Shown piece by piece: positions 60,925-64,000 of a stretch of 64,000 nt of DNA. Origin of the DNA: Basidiobolus meristosporus CBS 931.73 (lineage: Eukaryota; Fungi; Basidiobolomycota); the NCBI GenBank assembly GCA_002104905.1, contig MCFE01000342.1, positions 26,881 to 90,880 on the forward strand. The letters run 5' to 3'. The notes beneath the pieces are model-generated. The model was not told where the DNA came from. It saw only the letters and a program-made list of their open reading frames with translations, and ran no database searches. The translations under genes were made by a program, and so were the position numbers. Each line of letters starts with the position of its first letter. Position 1 is the first letter of the stretch.

Positions 60925-63900
60925 CTAATCTTGATGTGCAAAATTCCTATGCTTGAATAACTTAAGCCGGTTTCCAGCAACTGGTGCTCTCAACTGGGTG
61001 TTGTCAAGCTCAGATATGTAATAACTTCCATTTCCAATCACTTTGGAAATGAGGTAGGGGCCAGTCCATTTGTTGTCAAACTTCCGACTCCATTGTTTGT
61101 CCAAGGTAGAATCGTAGAGTAATACTGGGTCTCCTAGTGATAGTGGTTTTGGTCTTGTTGGGTGTGATTTGTCAAAGGGCACCTTGTTCTTTAGTCGTGT
61201 ATCCTTAAGTTGTTCAGCAGCTCTGCTGATATTCAAGTCATGGTGATCAAGTTGCTGTATGCGAGTTGCAAGGAGGTCTTCAGTCTGCATATTGGATCTC
61301 CAATTCAATGAGTTCCAAGTGACTGTGTTTAGCTCAGCTGGTAGTATGCAGTCATGTCCATAGAGTAGTTTGAATGGTGATAATCCAGTTGTTCTCTTGG
61401 TAGTAATTCTATCTGCCCAGAGTGCAAGATGTAATTGCTGTGGCCACAGTGTTGTGTTATTCTCACAGGCCTTGACAAGAGAGTTCACCAATGGTCCATG
61501 TCCTCTCTCTATCATTCCATTGGCTTGAGGGTGGTAGGCGGTTGTAAAAGCAATGTGTATCTTGTACTTTGAGCACAACTCCTGGATCATTTGGGATGTC
61601 ATCTCTCCTCTGTCAGCAACAAACTGTTGGATGCAGCCAAATCTGCAGATGATGTCTTCAAGTATAAATCTCCATATGGTATGGCTCTTGTTGTTGGGCA
61701 AGGCTCGAGCCTCTGCCCATCCACTAAGGTCATCTCTAGCAACAATCAGGTACTTTTTTGATCCAGCTGTTGGCATGTGGACAAGGTCAATACCAACCTT
61801 TTGCCATAGACAGATTGTGTAAGTAGGATGCAGTGGTTCTTCATAGCGCTTGGAGGATCTCTTCTGGCAGGCTACACATGACTCAACAAAGTGCTGGATA
61901 TCATAGTACATGTTTTCCCAGTAGTACCTCTGAGCTGTGGTATTGTATTTGGCTTCTCGTCCTCTATGTCCTCCTGGTTCTCCTTGGTGGATACTTGTCA
62001 TGATGTTCAGTTGCTCTTGAGGGGTAGTGACTACTCTTCTTGGCATAAGTCCAGGCTTCACTCGCTTAAAGAGAAGATCATCTTTAAGATAGTAGTGGTA
62101 TGCCTTCTTCCTGAGTTTTCTAAACTCCTGAATATCCATCCAACTAGGTTTCTTAAGTGTCCTTAGATATTCCTTGATCACACTCCAGGTAGTTCTCTCT
62201 TGGTCTTTGATGGCAATCTGTCGGATCTCTGCATCAATAATATCATCAAAGTGAGGGTCCAAGTCTTCAAATAATTGTGGTCCCTTCCTGGAGAGTGCAT
62301 CAGCCACAACATTTGTCTTGCCAGGGATATGTTTGACCTCAAAGTCAAACATTTTCAGCCATGCCATCCATCGGTTTGTGGCATCATCAGGTAGGTCGGG
62401 CTTGTTGATCATTCCTATAAGTGGCTTGGCATCTGTCTCCAGGATAAAATGTGTCATGTAGAGTTGTGACTTCAGTTTCCTCAGCATCTTCACAACTCCT
62501 AGTAGTTCTCTCTTAATCTGTGAGTATCTTTGTTCTCTAGGAGAGAATAGGCAGCTCTCATATCTGCAGGCATAGCGGTTGCCATCTTCATCATCTTGTC
62601 CAAGTAGTGCTCCAGCTCCTATAGGGCTTGCATCCACTATCAAAATAGGTGGGCATTCAGTGTTTTGATAGTCAAGAGGTCTTAGAACTGGTGGAGATAC
62701 TAAGGCCTCTTTCAGTAACTGCATGGCTTCTTCTTGCTCTTCTCCCCAGATAAATGGGGTATTCTTTCTCTGTAGTTGGTAGATTGGTTCTGCTATCTCA
62801 GAAAATCTTGGGATCCAGATCCTAAAGAACCCACAAGCTGCCACAAAGCCACGAGCTTGTGTTAGATTTGTGGGGGTAGGCCAGTTGCATATCTTTTGTG
62901 TCTTGGAATCTCCAGGTGAGCGACCAAAGGTGTTGCATTTTTGTCCAACAATGGATATCTCTGATACACCAAAGCTGCTTTTCTCACCACTGATGGTGAG
63001 TCCAGCTTCTTCAATGGCTCCTAATATGGCATCATTGTCTGCAATATGGTCATACACAAACTTTCTTACTCCAGGCATAACTTCAGTGGTGTCCCGGAAT
63101 TTTGATCCTTTGATGCCTATGTCATCCACAAAGACAGCAAGTTTCTCAGGTATAAACTGGTATAGCACATTCACCATGCATCTCTGGAACTGAGCCACGG
63201 AGTTTGTAGCCCCTTGGCTGAGTCTTGTCATCCTTAATAGTCCAAATGGTGTCTGTAGTGCAAACATATCTCTTGATGTCTCATCAAGGGGAATCTGGTC
63301 ATATCCTGAGTAGAGATCGTATGTTGAGTAGATGGAGTGGCCACTAAAGCTTTCTGCAAAGTCATCAATAGATGAAGGTATAGCAGCATCTCTGATAGTG
63401 ACAGCATTTGCAGGTTGCATGTCTTGAATGAATCGGAGCTTTCCATTCTTCTTTTTGGTCACAAACCATCTGTTAGCATAGGGTCCATGGCAAGGTTCTA
63501 GGATACCAGCTTCTATCTTCTTCTTAAGTAGGTCATGCACATCAGCTTGGAGTCCTCTGGGCAGTGGGTAAGGCTTAAATGACCAGGGTGTGTGGGGCAC
63601 TGTATGAATCTTGATGGGTTTTTCAACCGACGTCTTTAAGAGTCCCATCTCCTTGTCATTATATGAGAAGACCTTATCATGCCTTTTCAAGGTCTCCTTA
63701 AATAATAGTATCTCCTCTGGTGAAAGGTTTCCATCACCAATGATAAGTTGCTTAAGTCTCTCAGGTGTAAGTCGTATATCATCTGGTGTTTCATCTGGTG
63801 GTCTAATGTAATCAGCAGGTCGAGATCCATCAGTCAAAGGTGTAAGTGATGGTCTAATCTTCTGTTCTACTGTCTTGTATTTTGTTCGAACCATAGCTGT

Positions 63901-63972
63901 TTGCTCCTGTATACCTAATGAGCAGCTCCAAATGTTGGGGTGTATATTGTCAGGCTCTTCATCTTCTTCCAT
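60925..63972 (-). CDS. Ty3/gypsy Pol (RT-RNaseH-integrase, no chromodomain), open to the window edge
   Basis: YDLYSGYDQ, FVDD, DASPIGAG, KRELLG, H..GH.G/CVAC, GIDLV, DRGE, GMIERG, KWTGPY. The frame stays open upstream of the annotated Met (TACQKAHLV-MEED). Confidence 0.95.
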   Translation of the reverse strand: MEEDEEPDNIHPNIWSCSLGIQEQTAMVRTKYKTVEQKIRPSLTPLTDGSRPADYIRPPDETPDDIRLTPERLKQLIIGDGNLSPEEILLFKETLKRHDKVFSYNDKEMGLLKTSVEKPIKIHTVPHTPWSFKPYPLPRGLQADVHDLLKKKIEAGILEPCHGPYANRWFVTKKKNGKLRFIQDMQPANAVTIRDAAIPSSIDDFAESFSGHSIYSTYDLYSGYDQIPLDETSRDMFALQTPFGLLRMTRLSQGATNSVAQFQRCMVNVLYQFIPEKLAVFVDDIGIKGSKFRDTTEVMPGVRKFVYDHIADNDAILGAIEEAGLTISGEKSSFGVSEISIVGQKCNTFGRSPGDSKTQKICNWPTPTNLTQARGFVAACGFFRIWIPRFSEIAEPIYQLQRKNTPFIWGEEQEEAMQLLKEALVSPPVLRPLDYQNTECPPILIVDASPIGAGALLGQDDEDGNRYACRYESCLFSPREQRYSQIKRELLGVVKMLRKLKSQLYMTHFILETDAKPLIGMINKPDLPDDATNRWMAWLKMFDFEVKHIPGKTNVVADALSRKGPQLFEDLDPHFDDIIDAEIRQIAIKDQERTTWSVIKEYLRTLKKPSWMDIQEFRKLRKKAYHYYLKDDLLFKRVKPGLMPRRVVTTPQEQLNIMTSIHQGEPGGHRGREAKYNTTAQRYYWENMYYDIQHFVESCVACQKRSSKRYEEPLHPTYTICLWQKVGIDLVHMPTAGSKKYLIVARDDLSGWAEARALPNNKSHTIWRFILEDIICRFGCIQQFVADRGEMTSQMIQELCSKYKIHIAFTTAYHPQANGMIERGHGPLVNSLVKACENNTTLWPQQLHLALWADRITTKRTTGLSPFKLLYGHDCILPAELNTVTWNSLNWRSNMQTEDLLATRIQQLDHHDLNISRAAEQLKDTRLKNKVPFDKSHPTRPKPLSLGDPVLLYDSTLDKQWSRKFDNKWTGPYLISKVIGNGSYYISELDNTQLRAPVAGNRLKLFKHRNFAHQD

Positions 63973-64000
63973 AACAAGATGTGCCTTCTGGCAAGCAGTA

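Noticed and set aside
5723-63811. Numerous 60-160 aa antisense or alternate-frame ORFs in the track
   Set aside because: They overlap TE ORFs, have no motifs and are expected shadows, especially where CpG/TpA-poor DNA lowers stop frequency.
1-64000. Non-standard genetic code explaining the many in-frame stops
   Set aside because: Three long ORFs read through in the standard code, and the stops I traced map to C->T/G->A changes from CGA, CAA or TGG in paralogues.
1-64000. Classical RIP (CpA->TpA) as the main mutational process
   Set aside because: The clearest paired changes are at CpG. A CpA excess cannot be established without computation.

Overview
This is a eukaryotic, most likely fungal, transposon-dense window. 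I found no recognisable host gene, rRNA, tRNA or CRISPR array. It holds at least three Ty1/copia LTR lineages, at least four Ty3/gypsy lineages and two DNA-transposon families, deeply nested and mostly decayed by CpG->TpG/CpA change. Three reading frames are intact: (1) an IS5/PHIS-type DDE transposase (18636-19520) in a complete element with TIRs and AAT target duplications; (2) a 618-aa Gag-protease ORF in a pol-less LTR element whose LTRs appear identical (20242-23858); (3) a 1015-aa RT-RNaseH-integrase ORF at the right edge (60925-63972). Main findings: (i) one Ty3/gypsy LTR group (TGT[G/A]G...CCACA ends, 4-bp TSD, tRNA-Lys-type PBS in the one copy where it is visible) sits at CpG-centred tetramers at all five junctions I could read, two observed directly and three reconstructed, although CpG is scarce here; (ii) the PHIS/Pangu-like family has a CpG-free transposase, a CpG-dense divergent Myb/MADF-like ORF2, 10-bp-phased GTGCC arrays and a 451-bp MITE; (iii) there is four-level nesting; (iv) a copia has mismatched LTRs inside a perfect TSD; (v) a 126-bp templated patch shares stop codons with a paralogue 54 kb away. 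All identities and counts are by eye, and no database search was run.
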